DNA of 64,000 nt from Piedraia hortae CBS 480.64. Taxonomy: Eukaryota. Below are positions 48,186 to 61,712 of the stretch, in pieces; position 1 is the stretch's first letter; each line of letters begins with the position of its first letter. The notes below the pieces were generated by a model. It searched no databases. It saw nothing but the letters and a program-made list of their open reading frames with translations, and was not told where the DNA came from. Both the position numbers and the translations under genes were made by a program. Location: contig MU005969.1 in NCBI GenBank assembly GCA_010093745.1, positions 62,001 through 126,000 of the forward strand, written 5' to 3'.

Positions 48186-50559
48186 ATGGCAGATACTGAG
48201 CGACGTGACTATCGAGGCGGTCGCTTCAACAGAAAAAAGCGCGGACGAGGTAAGCTGACCCATGCATGTATTTTCTTCCATGATCTAAGACTGACTCGGC
48301 GCAGAGGAAGACAACGAAGACAGCTACGGACGACGCCCTCAACGGCCCCGCCAGGAAGCTCCACCCGGCACCCGCTTGCGACGGGGTCTACTCGATGTTG
48401 CCGAAGACATTCGCGAACCGGAAGAAGCGGTGCAGCAACTGGCGCAGCTGGCGGCGGACAATGCCGACGACGAATACGTTCGCGAAACTCTCTGCGTCGT
48501 TGCTTTGAAGCTTGTCAGCGAGCAGCCATTCAAGATTCCCTTTGTGGCTGCAGTGGTCTTGCAGGCCAACCGCATCAACGGCGATGTGGCTATCGATGTT
48601 GTCGAAAAGGCTGGGCAGCAGCTTCAGAAACACCTTGATGCAGGCGAATGGCGGGCTTTTAAGCTGGTGCTGCGTTTTCTGGCTTGTCTGCGCCCGTTGT
48701 TTGAAGCTGATGGCGTTTTCCCCATCCTCGCCCAACTTTTGGATGTGGCTGTTGAACTCCAGACGGCTTCAGCGGACGATACGCTCGGTCTGGAGCTTGT
48801 GCGCATCATTCTGCTTACCTTGCCTTATCTCATGGCCGCAGCTAAGGACGAAGAAGCACTGCGAGAACAGGCAATTGATTTGCTGCAGAAAACGGATGTT
48901 ATTGCATCTAACTCTGGCCCTGTCGAAGCCCTGGTTGATCCTTACCCGATAAATGAGGACGACAAGCCAATGGCCTGCCCCAGCTTGCTCTCCATACTCC
49001 AGCGACAGCTGCTCGACGAAGCTAACAACAACTGGCCGCTGACATGTATCCCTCGCCTTTGCCAAGACACCGACGGGGAGGCGCGGCGGCATACTTTCCC
49101 GGCCATTTCCATTCCAGCGCAGATCAATCCCGGCTCACAGGTGATCTTCCCTGAGCTCTTCTTCTCCCTCTACGCGGATCACGATATCGAAACAGTCCCC
49201 TCGACGGCTCAGGTGGCATCTTCACTCTTTCGCGACGCTGTCCGGGACACGGTGGACTTGCTCGACTTCAATCGCAATGTGACGGCACGTCTACTCAATT
49301 CCATAGATGCATTCTGGGCACCGGGCCATTTTGTCAAACGATCCACTGCATTTGACAAGTTGCAAAGCCTACAAGAAGCGGGAAAGCCTACATGGAGACC
49401 CGAGGACGTTGTGATTGACGCCATCTTTTCGCAAATGCTGCAGCTTCCGGCGCCGGAGCACAAGGTGGTTTATTACCACTCCCTCATTACGGAATCTTGC
49501 AAAATCAGTCCTGGAGGGATCGCTCCAAGCCTGGGCCGAGCCATCAGGTTCCTTTTCAGAAACATTGAATTCATGGATATGGAACTGAGCTACCGCTTCA
49601 TGGACTGGTTCGCCCATCACCTTAGCAACTTTGACTTCCGATGGAAATGGGCAGAATGGGTTCCAGAACTGGAGCTTCCTGACATACACCCGCGAAAGGC
49701 ATTCATTATCGGCGCGCTGGAGAAGGAAGTCCAGCTCTCATTCGCAAGACGCGTCAGAGATACACTTCCTGAAGCAATGCACTCCCTCATACCAGCACAA
49801 AAGGAAGTCGAGACCCCAGATTTCAAATACGACAATGACATTCCATTTGCAGCCGAAGGCCGCAAAGTCATGGCCCTCCTGCGCAAGAAGCGCCCGGACG
49901 AGGAAGTTCAGGCCGTACTCTCCACCCTCGAAGAAGCCGCAGCAGCACAAGGCGAAGACCCAACTACGGTCGCAACAGACGTGTACATGACCTCCATCTG
50001 CTTCATCGGCTCGAAATCACTCTCCCACGTCCTCTCAACAATCGACCGCTGCCAAGAGCGTCTCCAAGCCATGGTACGCGACAGCGAAGCAGCCCGCCGC
50101 CAAGTCATTTCCAGCGTCGTAGACTTCTGGCACGACCACCCCGGCACCGCAGTCAACATTATCGGTAAACTCCTGAACTATACCATAGTCACGCCTTCGG
50201 CGGTGGTGGACTGGGTCCTCGGCGATCGTTTGAACGGAGGACGCGCGCTAGCGACCCTACAAGTCTGGGACCTTGTCAGTGTCACTATGGATAAAGTCGT
50301 GAATCGCATGCGACAGTTGACGGAAGAGGCTTCAAGGCCTGATCTTGATGAGGAGCAGGTTCAGCAGATCGAGGCTGCGTTGCCTAAGGAGCGCGCGGGT
50401 ATGGGTGACTTGTTTCGTGCGATTGAAGATGGGGTTCGGCGGGTTGCGGAGGGGGAGGTTGAGTCTGAGGGTACGGAGGAAGAGGTCGATCTCGTGAGAC
50501 AGTGGGGTGCGAGATGGGAATGTGTCTGGAGGAGGAAAGCGGCTGTTGAGGGTTTGTAG
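48186..50559 (+). CDS. STO1: Nuclear cap-binding complex large subunit CBP80
   Basis: N-terminal NLS (RKKRGR), EQPFKIPFVAAVV, VYYHSLITESCK, RFMDWFAHHLSNFDFRWKWAEW, IGSKSLSH; intron 48250-48304. Confidence 0.93.
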
Positions 50560-53249
50560 TGTACTGTTCTGCTGTGAAATTACATGGTTCTTCCCTGTTG
50601 ATGTTATGGGTAGATGACCTTCGGGGGGAAGAGGGAGGGGGAGGGGGGGTGTGGGAGGGGTTGGTATATAATATGCACGGTCAGATGGATTACATAGATG
50701 GCCTTCGGAAGAAAGAGTATATTCGGTCAGAACACCGATCATGGTGTGGAAGGATTCTTGATACCGTTTTTCCGAGGAGAATTAAAATTTATATTACCCT
50801 GACGCCGAGAAATGCCACTCAATTTATGTAATTCGGTAGAGGAAATCCTTGGCTAGTGAAGAGCGAGATGGGAATGGGAATGGTTAAGCCATACAAGGAA
50901 ACGTGAAGGAACTCTGGATGTGAAGATGTTGCGAGTTCGACAAGGCAAAACACGTTACGAACTCTATTGGCACTTATACCTGTGGCATGGGTGTATGATA
51001 GCTATCATATCGGTGGACTTGTTCGGCTACCTTGCCGCACAAGCCCACGGTCTAGACCGATGGAATGGTAAGAAAATTTATTTATGATACCTGTCACACG
51101 GTGACTCCCCTCAACCACAACTCCAGTCCCAATATTGCTATTCGCACACGATCCAGGTTCCGTTTGCCTATGGCATGATCTTTCGCGTATGATGAATCGG
51201 CAATCGTCTTAAAACGACACCTCGAGTCGAGGCCCTTGAGAATGGGGACATGCGTTCGTCTTTAAGGAGGAGGCTGGAATGATTCGCCTGTTCGTCCTTC
51301 TCGTCGGGTCAAAGAACGACATCTTCCTTCCGAGGTCGGTAGGAACAAGAACACGCGTTCATTCAAATTAAAAGGGGAAGACAGGTGGGGACTGAGTAGC
51401 GTCTAAATCGTCAGCTCCCGACTTGCTATTCGCCCAGTTGAATCGTGTTTTCCAATGGTGCGAGTGTCCCAGTAAGGCAGGACACGCGCTCATCTTGGAG
51501 GATATGGATTGATCGAAGTCTGCTTGGGCAAAGAGATCGAAACCCCCCTATATGTATTCGTCATCGAGGGATCTCCAAGATACCCCGCTTCTCTATGATG
51601 TCATCAGAGTAACGAAGAGCCCGGTCAAGAGCCGGTTGTGACCGAGGCTCCACCCCAGGGCCGGGTCTGCAATGGGAAGAATAGGAAGAATGACTCGCAT
51701 ATGTTTTGCGTTGCAGACAGCCGTGAAATTGATATTGCATTGGGAAATGAGATTTGTTCGATCAATCCAATGGCGGCGATTGTGACGTCTCATTCGCGTT
51801 GCTGCTCTGGTTTTTCACAGCGTCCAGCTGCAGTGATCAGGAGATATGGCATGCACTGGTCAGCGCCCCCGCTTGCGATACGAGCAAAAAAGCCCCACTT
51901 GTATCGAGAAGGAAGTGACACGGGACTTGTAGCGTATTAAACGTCGTTTGCATAAGGCTGAAAAGTCGGTTAATGGGGCAAAAACAAAACTTGACAACGG
52001 TCAATATAGCTTGCAACGGGTGAAGAAAAAAGTCAATGCTGATGAACCATGACATCGAAAGAATGACCTGCTGCACTATCGTGGACATCACAAAACATGC
52101 GTCTGCAAGGGCAAGTTAAGATTAAAGCGCGGGAAAAAAGCGCGATATGACGATCTCTTTGCGAGGCTGAGTAATCAGGCACAGATTGTGGCTTGGACTG
52201 CGGACCAGAGAAGCGTGATGAACATCACCAATAACCTGGTCCACATGGTGGGGACTTGAAACGGAGCACAGTGGTAAGGCTCCTGCTACACTGGGCCTCG
52301 AGGGCTGCCCGAAGAGAGAACATGTGACGCTTACACGTGAACGGGGAGAGCGGCTTAGGTCAGTCCAGCCTTGACCGTGGGCCACAAACGTCTGCCCAAC
52401 GTCTTGTGGTTGAAGGTGGGAATTTCCTCTCATCTTTCCCGTGGGCGGATGCAGCCGCCGCGCAATGTGGAACGCGGGCATTACATCTTTCCTTTTTCGG
52501 GCCAGTCGTTTCTGAAGCAGCGCTGGCCAACGCTCCGGCAGCTGGCGCTGTTCTTGGAGAACCGGGCGTTTCCATGGACGGTAAGTGCCGTAAGGTGCAG
52601 ACGGGAGTTGGCAGCGAAGCGCGGATCTTGGCAGCGAGGAAGCCGGGGCTGGATGCTGATCGGATGGCGTAATTCTGGACCGAGGAGTACGTAGCTTGAG
52701 CGCGGGGGAGATGGAGGGGTGGTTTATCAGGCTGGAGAGATGGGATTCGAGGAGGGGCTGAGGCGGAATAATGATATGATCGGACCGGGAAGGCCCAACC
52801 ACAACGACGGTGACCCACGAGAAAAGACGACGGCCCACGTGGGGTGGCGCGTCGATCCCGGGCCTGATTCATCGCCACTCGAATCAGCCTGTGGGGTAGC
52901 TTGGCCGTCCTTTCCCATGCCCACTTGTAGTTCCCCATCGCACTAGCACCCAGCACCCCCACTTCTTCGCTCGCCTCTTCACAAACCAAAACAAATAAAG
53001 ACCGTTCGCTCCTCCAGCGAGACTTTTACTTTTGACTTCTGCCAGCGCTCCAAGGCCTGAAAGCTTCTTGCCCGGAAGCTTTGATGCTGTGTGACCTTTT
53101 CTGCCTCTACATCTGATTATTCTTTAGGTGAGTTCGGCGGTGCTCGGCCTGCCGCTGGGTTCTGCCTTTACAACCAACGCCCTCTCGTGGACCCAAGCCA
53201 AACTCGACCCCGCCCCCGCTCCCGCCTCAGCACCAACACACCGCCCTTC

Positions 53250-54530
53250 ATGAGCGGTGGTGGCGGGGTCGGCCCGTTGATGCCAACCTTTCACGGCTTT
53301 GTCAACGATACGTTTGACGGCCTGCTGCTGTTCGAGGCGTGTTTAACGGGTAAGCTGCACCACGTGCCGCGGCGACCGCACGACCGTGAGCGCACGTCGA
53401 TTATCAAAAGCGGCAGCATCTTCATCTACGAGGAAAATGCGTCAGACATCAAGCGATGGACAGACGGCGTCGCCTGGAGCCCAAGCCGCATCCTCGGCAA
53501 CTTTCTCATCTACCGTGAACTGGAGAAGCCCTTTGCGCCGGGCGAGAAGAAACGGGCGATGAAGCGAAAGCGATCAAGTCCACAGCGCGACCCTTATTCC
53601 GCCCGCACCGACGACTCCGCTAGCGGCCCATCACGCACACCGCCCGATTCGGATCCGCCAGCTACGGAGGAGGAGCGTTCGTTGGACCGCTCGCTGATCG
53701 GCTCTCTCGTGGACTCGTACGGCTTCCGGCCCAACGGCCTCGTCAAGAAGACGCTGAGCATCACGCTGAACGGCATCTCACACCACATGGTGTCGTACTA
53801 CCGCGTCGACGATGTCAAGAGCGGCCGCCTGCAACGCCCCACGGCCGACCCTCAACTTGCCGGCATCCGTGTGCGCCGCCAGCTGTTCACGAACCAAAAC
53901 TTTCGCGTTCCCGTGGAGGAGTCGGACAGCTTCGTGTGGGACGAGAACGGCAACGCGTGCACCGTCATCTACTCGCCCGCGGCCATGGCGGCTCAGGGCC
54001 CGTCGCGCTACATCACCCCGGCCCCTGCTCCCCAATACATCAACACGGCGGGCTACCCGGTGTACGCGATGGCGGGCAGCTATGCCGGCTGGCCCCAGCA
54101 GGCGCCTTCTCTGCAAAACTATCCCTACGCTTTCAATGGCAACTACTCTGGCATACCCGTGCGGCCCAAGGAGGAACAGTCGCCGCAGCAGCAGCCTCAG
54201 TCGGCGCCACATCAGACCCCACCCAATCCTTATGCTTACGCCCAGTATCCTCCCACGACATACTACCGCGCCGAACGGCCAGACGAGCAGTCCTCAGCAT
54301 CATCGCCAACGTCGGCTACCACATCGCAGCCGCAATTCGACGCTTCTTATTATCAATATGCCGGTGCCATCCCGCGGGCGCATAGCTACGCCGCCGCCGG
54401 CGCCCCGAATATGCCTCCAACTTACGGAAACCTGGCCGTATCTGGCGCCTCCGCCTCCGGACCGACCTACCCTGCATACAATATGCGCTCTCCCGGCGAG
54501 TACAACTACAGCCGACAAGATTCTACGTGA
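53250..54530 (+). CDS. WOPR (Gti1/Pac2) transcription factor, Wor1/Ryp1/Sge1-type
   Basis: PTFHGFV..TFDGLLLFEACLTG, RRPHDRER..IKSGSIFIYEE..SDIKRWTDGVAWSPSRILGNFLIYREL, LVDSYGF..NGLVKKTLSI....HHMVSYY; P/Q/Y-rich tail. Confidence 0.92.
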   Translation: MSGGGGVGPLMPTFHGFVNDTFDGLLLFEACLTGKLHHVPRRPHDRERTSIIKSGSIFIYEENASDIKRWTDGVAWSPSRILGNFLIYRELEKPFAPGEKKRAMKRKRSSPQRDPYSARTDDSASGPSRTPPDSDPPATEEERSLDRSLIGSLVDSYGFRPNGLVKKTLSITLNGISHHMVSYYRVDDVKSGRLQRPTADPQLAGIRVRRQLFTNQNFRVPVEESDSFVWDENGNACTVIYSPAAMAAQGPSRYITPAPAPQYINTAGYPVYAMAGSYAGWPQQAPSLQNYPYAFNGNYSGIPVRPKEEQSPQQQPQSAPHQTPPNPYAYAQYPPTTYYRAERPDEQSSASSPTSATTSQPQFDASYYQYAGAIPRAHSYAAAGAPNMPPTYGNLAVSGASASGPTYPAYNMRSPGEYNYSRQDST

Positions 54531-56119
54531 AGAAAATACGGCTATTCTAGCTATATATAAAAGTTTTTGGGCAATGATGTCATGCATCTTGGGTTTGTGC
54601 GCAGGGGAAGCTATGGGACATGAGTGGAAAGGAGTCTTTGGGCTCCGCATGCATCCGAGTATACCTCTGTTGTACATAAACAAAAAAATTCGTGGGCTCC
54701 TCTATTGCGTGCTTAATGACTGAGTGATTCGTGGACCCTTGTAGCTGACGTTCACATGTTTTAGGCTGTCAGGGATAAAGTGGCCGTGGGACAAGGATGG
54801 CCTTGGAGATGTGGCGAGGGATCTGCAGCCGTGAACCTCTGCAGTGTGGCTGGTGCATTTCCCTTTAATCTAGAAGCGGCAAACCCCGGATCGCTTCCGC
54901 CCCTCTAGCGTGCAGGTTGGCTGTCTGTCAGTGGCCAATGATTATGGCGCTAGCGTCATAACCTATAACAACCTCGACGAGTCTCAGAGCTATGCACCTA
55001 GATCATGCTCGTCCGCCTTGATGTGTAATGTATTGTAAAAGTGACGCTCTGGTAAAGAAAACATCCTCCAATCATTCTCCAACGGGTGACGATTCTCCAT
55101 GAATGCATGGTGGAATAGCCCAGCCTGGAGCCAACCCCGATGAGCAAGACCATTCCCCATCATTCTCTCTATCGTTCTACCCAATATGTATCCTTCGCTA
55201 AACGCGCCGCAGAGCAATCCCTCCTAATCTTTCCCCTATCAAACGACCCGCCCACCCAGTCCTTTCTTTTCTGCCTTGGATGTTGCGGGGTGAGGGGTAA
55301 CTGTTACTGTACCACGCTTGGCAAGTAGGCTTGACAAATCTGCATACTGCAATTCACTGGGGGATTTGCAAGATTTGGGAGGTGGTACCCGCGTCTATCC
55401 TTTTTCTTTTTCATGTGGGGGTGGGCGGTGCGTGGGAGGGCATGTTTTTGGGGGTAAGTTGGGCGGTGGGTTTGCGTGGGATGCGTTTTCTTCGCTCCAT
55501 GGAAGGGAATCCACATCACAATTATGGACTGATGTGGGAGAGTTCGGGTTTTGTGAGCTGGTCAGGGTGTGATGTCTTTCAGAGGTGGGAAGGGTTGATT
55601 GCGGATTGAAGAATCTTTGGTGGCAAGCCTCGCATTTCGAACGGAGTTGTCCCTATCTTAATCAGGCTGGAAGCAATCTAATATAAACCCTCTCGAAAAG
55701 TTTAAGCAACCAGGCCGTGTCCAGAGCCTCTAGGTGGTTATCAAGGTATGAGCACCCATGAGTTCTTCGTTTAGCATGCCCCGTTCCCAAAACTTAAATC
55801 TCACCGAAACCACTCGCATCCAGCTTCGACGAGAGTGTGAAATAGGTCTCGGTGGGACAACCTCTTCATATTTACAGATGGATGAGGTCTCCCCATCGAA
55901 AAGATAGGGGAGGGCATGATCCCGTGAATGTATAGTTGACTCCTGGCATGAGGATATTCATTTTCAATATGTTGGCCATAAACTACTTCCCAACCACAGG
56001 TCACAAGTGAACATTCGTAGAACATCCACACTCATCTCCCCTTCTATGCTACACCGCACAGAATTGAACCATCGACAAAGTATCTCCTACACGCCCATCC
56101 CAACCCCCAACCTCCTCCA

Positions 56120-57040
56120 TCACCCCTCCCAAACCCACACAGCAAGCGCACAAACCCCCGAAAACAGCACGCCAACAACGCCCCTCCCAACCCGTCCCTT
56201 CCACGCCTTGACCTTCTCCCCCTCATTCCCCAATATCGTAACCACATCCCTCCTAACCGCATACTCAGCCCCACTATAGGCCGTCGTGACCGCGACAACC
56301 GCGCCCCCGTAACCAATCACCTCCGGGGACACGACCCCTGGAAACGCCGCACCAACCAACACACCCCCCATCAACCCCAACTGCAGAAGGGTGTTCCCCT
56401 TCGACACAGCCGTCGGATGAACCTCTGCAGACGGAATCCCAAAATCCCAGTACCTCCTCCACGTCTTCGGGTCTGGGAGCGAAGCGTAGCGGTACCAGAT
56501 GGCAGCTAAGCCGAGCGAAGCATCCCTCCCTAGAATTAGAACTGCGAGGGAGAGGGGTAAAGCGCCCTGGGCTGCGAGGGATGTGGTGAGGGTTATCATT
56601 AGGACTTTATCTGCTAGGGGGTCCAGGACGGAACCAGCGACGGTTTGGAGAGAGTATTTCCGTGCGAGGTGGCCGTCCAGGAGGTCGGTGAGGCCGGAAA
56701 GGAGGAAGAGTGTTAGGGCTGAGGGGTAGGATGAGGTGAGGATTAGGTAGCCAATTATGGGCGTTGAGAGGAGGCGGGAGGTGGTGAGGATGTTGGGGAC
56801 GTTGAGGAGTTGTTCGCGTGCTAGGGGGATAAGTTTGGGTTGTTTTGGGGGCGGTTTTTGGGAGGGAGGTGGTGGGTTGGTGGGTTGGGATTGGTAGCGG
56901 ATCCATGGGGGAGGGTGTGGTGTTGTGGTTGGGAGTCGTTGGGAGAGAGGGCTGGTTGGGATTCGGGAGAGTGGACTGGTAGGTAGTCTTCGAGAGATTG
57001 GGCAGGCTGATAGCCGCAAAAGAGTGACTGAACGCGACAT
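56120..57040 (-). CDS. CRD1: Cardiolipin synthase (CDP-alcohol phosphatidyltransferase)
   Basis: Presequence-like N-terminus, NVPNILTTSRL, GLTDLLDGHLARKY..QTVAGSVLDPLADK, RYWDF..PSAEVHPT..SKGNT.LQ. Confidence 0.92.
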   Translation of the reverse strand: MSRSVTLLRLSACPISRRLPTSPLSRIPTSPLSQRLPTTTPHPPPWIRYQSQPTNPPPPSQKPPPKQPKLIPLAREQLLNVPNILTTSRLLSTPIIGYLILTSSYPSALTLFLLSGLTDLLDGHLARKYSLQTVAGSVLDPLADKVLMITLTTSLAAQGALPLSLAVLILGRDASLGLAAIWYRYASLPDPKTWRRYWDFGIPSAEVHPTAVSKGNTLLQLGLMGGVLVGAAFPGVVSPEVIGYGGAVVAVTTAYSGAEYAVRRDVVTILGNEGEKVKAWKGRVGRGVVGVLFSGVCALAVWVWEG

Positions 57041-57295
57041 TGCGCCGCTCACTTCTTCCCGCCTGTGGGCATCAACAGTTGAGGTTGCGCGGGAGCTTCC
57101 GCAGATACCCGTTTGGGTCAACGCAATCAGATGAGGGCGAAGTTCAGTAAAATTCAGCTTTGCGGTTGAATTAAATCCACTAGAAGAAGCATGCTCGAAG
57201 ATCACTGAGCTTTTTTTGGCTATTATCCATCCACTGGTCAACTCCGTTTTAATTCAGCACATGATATTAATTGGTAGAGATACACGTCTGTAGAC

Positions 57296-60200
57296 CTAAT
57301 CCTCCCCATCCACAACGGCCAGACGGGCCTTGACTGCTCTTGCTTTTTTGCTGAGGCCCTTGGTCTTTGCCTTCTTGGTAGCTGGTTCACCCCAAGAATT
57401 AGGCGTTGCTGCGCCCGAAGGCTCATGACTTCCATCTTCAAATTTACCTTCGCCTGGGATGAAGTCAGCCATGAACAATGTAAGCTCTTCAGGGAAACAT
57501 ACCTTCGTGATACATATCATCCAGCGCCACTTCCTTACGCTTTGCTTTTCTCTTTCTCTTTCCGCCAGTCTTCTCTTCTTCTTCCATGACTTCAGCCTCT
57601 CGTCGCTCAATGGCAGCGACCTGGTCATCATCGGCCAACCACATGGCCATTTCCTTTGTCCTGTTACCCTCTCTTCGACTGTTGAACGCAACGGAACTGC
57701 CAGTCTGGCCCGAGATGACAACCCGTTGCACTTCTTCCTTTTGCAATGCCCGCTTCCGGATGCGCTCTTCAATGGTGCCGCGCGTGATTAGGCGGTAGAC
57801 CGTAACCTGCTTGGTCTGTCCCAGTCGATGAGCGCGATCCATGGCCTGTGAGTCGATGGTCGGGTTCCAGTCAGAGTCATAGAAGATGACGGTATCGGCA
57901 CTCGTCAAGTTGATGCCCAAACCTCCGGCTCGCGTGCTCAACAGGAAGACAAAGATTTCTGGAGTGTTTTGGAAAGCGGCGACTGTGTCTCGCCTATCCT
58001 CCAGCTTGGTAGATCCGTCAAGCCGACAGTATCGGTAGTTGCGGTAGGTCAGATATTCCTCCATAAGGTCTATCATGCGCGTCATCTGGAAATAAAGCAG
58101 GACCCGATGGCCACCTTCTTTAAGTTGTCGCAGCAGTCTGTCCAGGCACGCCAGCTTTCCGGAGTCGGTCACGAACCGGCGCATACTGGGCACTCGGATA
58201 TATGTAAGCCGCTGCCTGTGCGACGACGGCTCAGGGAGCAGATTCGTGACTGGCCACAGATAACGCGGCCGTTTAGAACGCAGGAGAGCTACCTCGGTGT
58301 CCAGGCTGATGGGATAGAGTGCACGACGGAGGGGCACATTGAAGAAGCATTCTTCCTTGTCCACCAGCGCATGACTGCTGCGGCAAACGAGCTCGATTGG
58401 AGGAGCGGTTGCCGTCGGTAGGAAGCAAGTTTCAATGACGCCGTACCCTGCTGAACCAATGGCATTCTGCGAGATCTGCCGCAGGGGAGAATCCGCCGAT
58501 AGAGGTCCGGACTTGTTGAACAAGCCAGAGGGCTCGCCACGGGCGTGATCAATGATGCGCTCTGCCAGCGTCTGACGAGCCGTCTTGGACGCACTAGTAG
58601 CAGACCGGCCAACGAAGCGCAGCCAGGAAAACGATGCATTCTTCTCTTCGTTTTTCCGCACATGTCGCTCGTCCCAGATGCTCAAGTCTGTACCCGTTGC
58701 CTTCTTGAACCAGCCAGCGCGCTTGTTGCGTGGGCCGGCGACGTTCAAACGCCCAGAGTCATCACCCAAAAAGGCCGGAAGCCAATACTGGATTAGATTA
58801 GTGGCCGAGTACGGCACGTTGACAAAATGGCCCTCACGCAAGAAACTGGCAGTCTCTGCAAAGGTCGACATGCTCAATGGGCTCCAGGTATCGGCGCGCT
58901 CAAACAGGTCAGGATGGTTGCAGACCTTGCGGAACTGCATAACGAGGTTCATCAGAGTCGCCGTATCCTGATCATCTCCAACAGCTGCCTTTTCAATGAG
59001 ATCCAAAATGCTAATCTTGTTGCGCAGGTTCGTATAGTACGCGCGTTGGCGGTAGCTGAGATCGCAAAACACATCCTCCTCGACCTTTTCGCCGAGCTCT
59101 TTCTGCACATGTTTCTTGACACGCCGCAGCATAAATGGCTTCAGGATGAGGTGTAGACGACGGAGCTGGTCCTCATTCAACTTGCTGTTGGATTGGGCAT
59201 GGCTCTCAATATCTTTGGAGAACCACTCCGAGAACTCGTCGTGGTTATCAAACAGCGACGGCATGATGAAATGCAGCAGCGCCCACAGCTCCTGCATGTT
59301 GTTCTGAATGGGCGTGCCCGTCAGCAGCAGCCGGTTGCGGCAGTGAAAATTGAGCAGCGACTTCCAGCGCGACGACGACGACGACTTGATGGCTTGGGCC
59401 TCGTCGAGGATCATGTACTGCCACTTGATCTTCTGGAAGTAAATGGCATCTTGCACCACCAACTGGTACGATGTTACGAGGACGTGGAACCCGCTGTCCT
59501 TGTTATAGGTGAGGTGTTTGCGGTCCCAGTACTTGCGCAGCACTTTGCGGTCCTTGGAGGCACCCCAGTATGGCAGGATTTTGATATTGGGCACAAAGCG
59601 AGAAATCTCCTGCTCCCAGTTGTGCAGCGTGCTGGCAGGAGCCACGACGAGGAAGGGGCCCCAGATGTTGTGCACTTCAGCCAGCCAGGCCATGACGGAG
59701 ATGGACTGCACCGTCTTGCCGAGACCCATCTCGTCAGCCAAAATGCCGTTGATGCCCTGATCGTACAAATTTACCAGCCAGTTAAGGCCCTTGAGCTGGT
59801 ATTCCTTGAGCTGGCACTGCAACATTTTCGGCTGTTCAACGTCCAATGACTGCAGCGACGTTGGGTTCTGAAAGTTCATCTCGCCCTCATCGTTCGTGTC
59901 TGCTGGTCGATCGAATTCTCGCGCACGCTGCTGTGCTGCCTGGATTGCATGCTGGGCGTTGCTCGCTGCCGCCGCCCGTAGAGCAGTCTCATCCTCGGCA
60001 TCAAAATCGAGCTCGTCGAAGCGAGTTACGGGGGCTGCCGATGCTTCGGGCACACCAAGGTCGTCCGGCAACTTGTCCGAGGCGCCGCCATCGTTACTGC
60101 TCCCGCCCGCATCACCACCATCGACTCCGGCCCGCTCGATCTCATCGGTGCGCACCTTCTTCCCTACAAAGTGCGAGTACAGCTCTGTCTGTGAGATGAG

Positions 60201-61712
60201 AAAGTTGAGCTTCCGCTTCTGTCGATTGGCTTCGCGCTCGGCCTCGGCCTTGCGTGCCTTGTCGAGCTCATGGCGCTCGGCGGCTTTGCGGCCCTCACGT
60301 TCGTCCCGTTCGTTGCGCTTCCAGAAGCCCAACATCTCACGCATGCCGCGTTTTGCTCGTGCAGCCACGTCCTTGGAGCTCTTGTTGGTGCGCTGTTGCC
60401 AACGTCGCGCCTCCTTGGATGACAATTGGGCTGTTTTGCGCGCATTAGACTGGCGCGTGTCCAGGCTGCTGTTACGGAGACGCACAACGCGTGGTGCTGA
60501 GCGGCCGAGATCGCGCGCAATCTGGTCGTAGATCTGGCGGTAGCCCTTGGTGTCTAGCTTGGCTGCCAGAGGCTCCCCGTCGCCGGTATCCAGCGTCTCC
60601 AACTCCTCCATCTCAATCCTGCGTTCCTCGACCTTGCGTGACCGGGCCGTGGACGAACGTGGTGCTCGCGATCGGCCCTTGGGCGTCGGCTCAACATCGT
60701 GTTCGCCAGTGGCCTGGAAGGATGTCATCAGCGCATCAGCCCCTCCCGCGTTGCCATCGATGCGGCTACGTGTGTCACAGATCTTCTTCTCGCTCTTCAT
60801 AATCTCCTTGTTGAGCCGGGCGCGCTCCTCATCGTTGACCGAGTGCGATAGCGACTCCTTGGCCTCGTTGAGTTTGGCCTCTTCATCAGCAAGAGCTTTT
60901 TCGCGGCGACGTTTGCGTTGCTGGTCTTTCTTGCGTTCCTTGTCCCTCTCATCGTCCTTCTTCTTCATTTCGTCCGTGACCTGTTCCTCGTGTGTGCTAA
61001 TATAAGCTGTGCGTTGGGCCTCGGCCACGTTGCCAAACTGACCCTGGAACTGCTTTGTGGCATGCGTTCGACGACGCTTCCGCTTCGCCGTCTCGGCCAC
61101 CACTGCGTCAAGCAAGCGTTTGTTGGATTTCTGGGTCCACTCCTCACGTAAAGTCTCCATACCGGGGATATCGACCGTGGGGTCCGACTTTTCGCGAGCT
61201 TCGATCTCCCTCCATGCCTTCTCCGTGTCGCGTATGGTGAGGCCCGGCGGATCCTCGTCCGGCGGTGCCATTGGCTCAAACTTGGGGGCGTACGTGTCGA
61301 GCGCCGGGAGCGGCTGCGTCGCAGGCAACGCGGTTTGCGGAACCACAGGAGAGGCGGCAGCGTCGGAGAGCAGATTTTTCATTGACATTGGATTGGACGG
61401 ACGCAGCGGCACGGGGCGGGCGGGCGGACTGTAGGCCGCGCGTGTGGGTTCGTTGTAGACAACGGCCGACGACTGGCTGCCGGGGCGGTCCATGTACGGC
61501 TGCTGTTGGCTGTAAACTGGAGCAAACGGAACAGGCGGCGTGTAGGACGCAGACAACGCGGTTACCGAACTGGCGGGAAGCGGCGAGTTTTGCGGGAAGA
61601 CGGCCGTGACGCGCGCTTCATCCACGGGATCGTAAAACCCCGGCCTCGTGACGTTAGCACCGTGTTCTCTGTGGGAAGAGGAACTGCGCTGTCGCCCCTC
61701 TGCCCCGTACAT
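57296..61712 (-). CDS. INO80: Chromatin-remodelling ATPase Ino80
   Basis: DBINO domain ([12 protein letters not shown]...[19 protein letters not shown]), [27 protein letters not shown], split ATPase with long insertion, [11 protein letters not shown]; intron 57454-57502. Confidence 0.96.

Noticed and set aside
52122..52989. 238-aa and 209-aa minus-strand ORFs upstream of the WOPR gene
   Set aside because: Low-complexity, overlapping and without motifs; probably GC-rich non-coding DNA.
31934..61712. Two Snf2-family ATPases, with CenH3 also in the window, as a chromatin gene cluster
   Set aside because: Separated by many unrelated genes; compatible with chance in a gene-dense genome.
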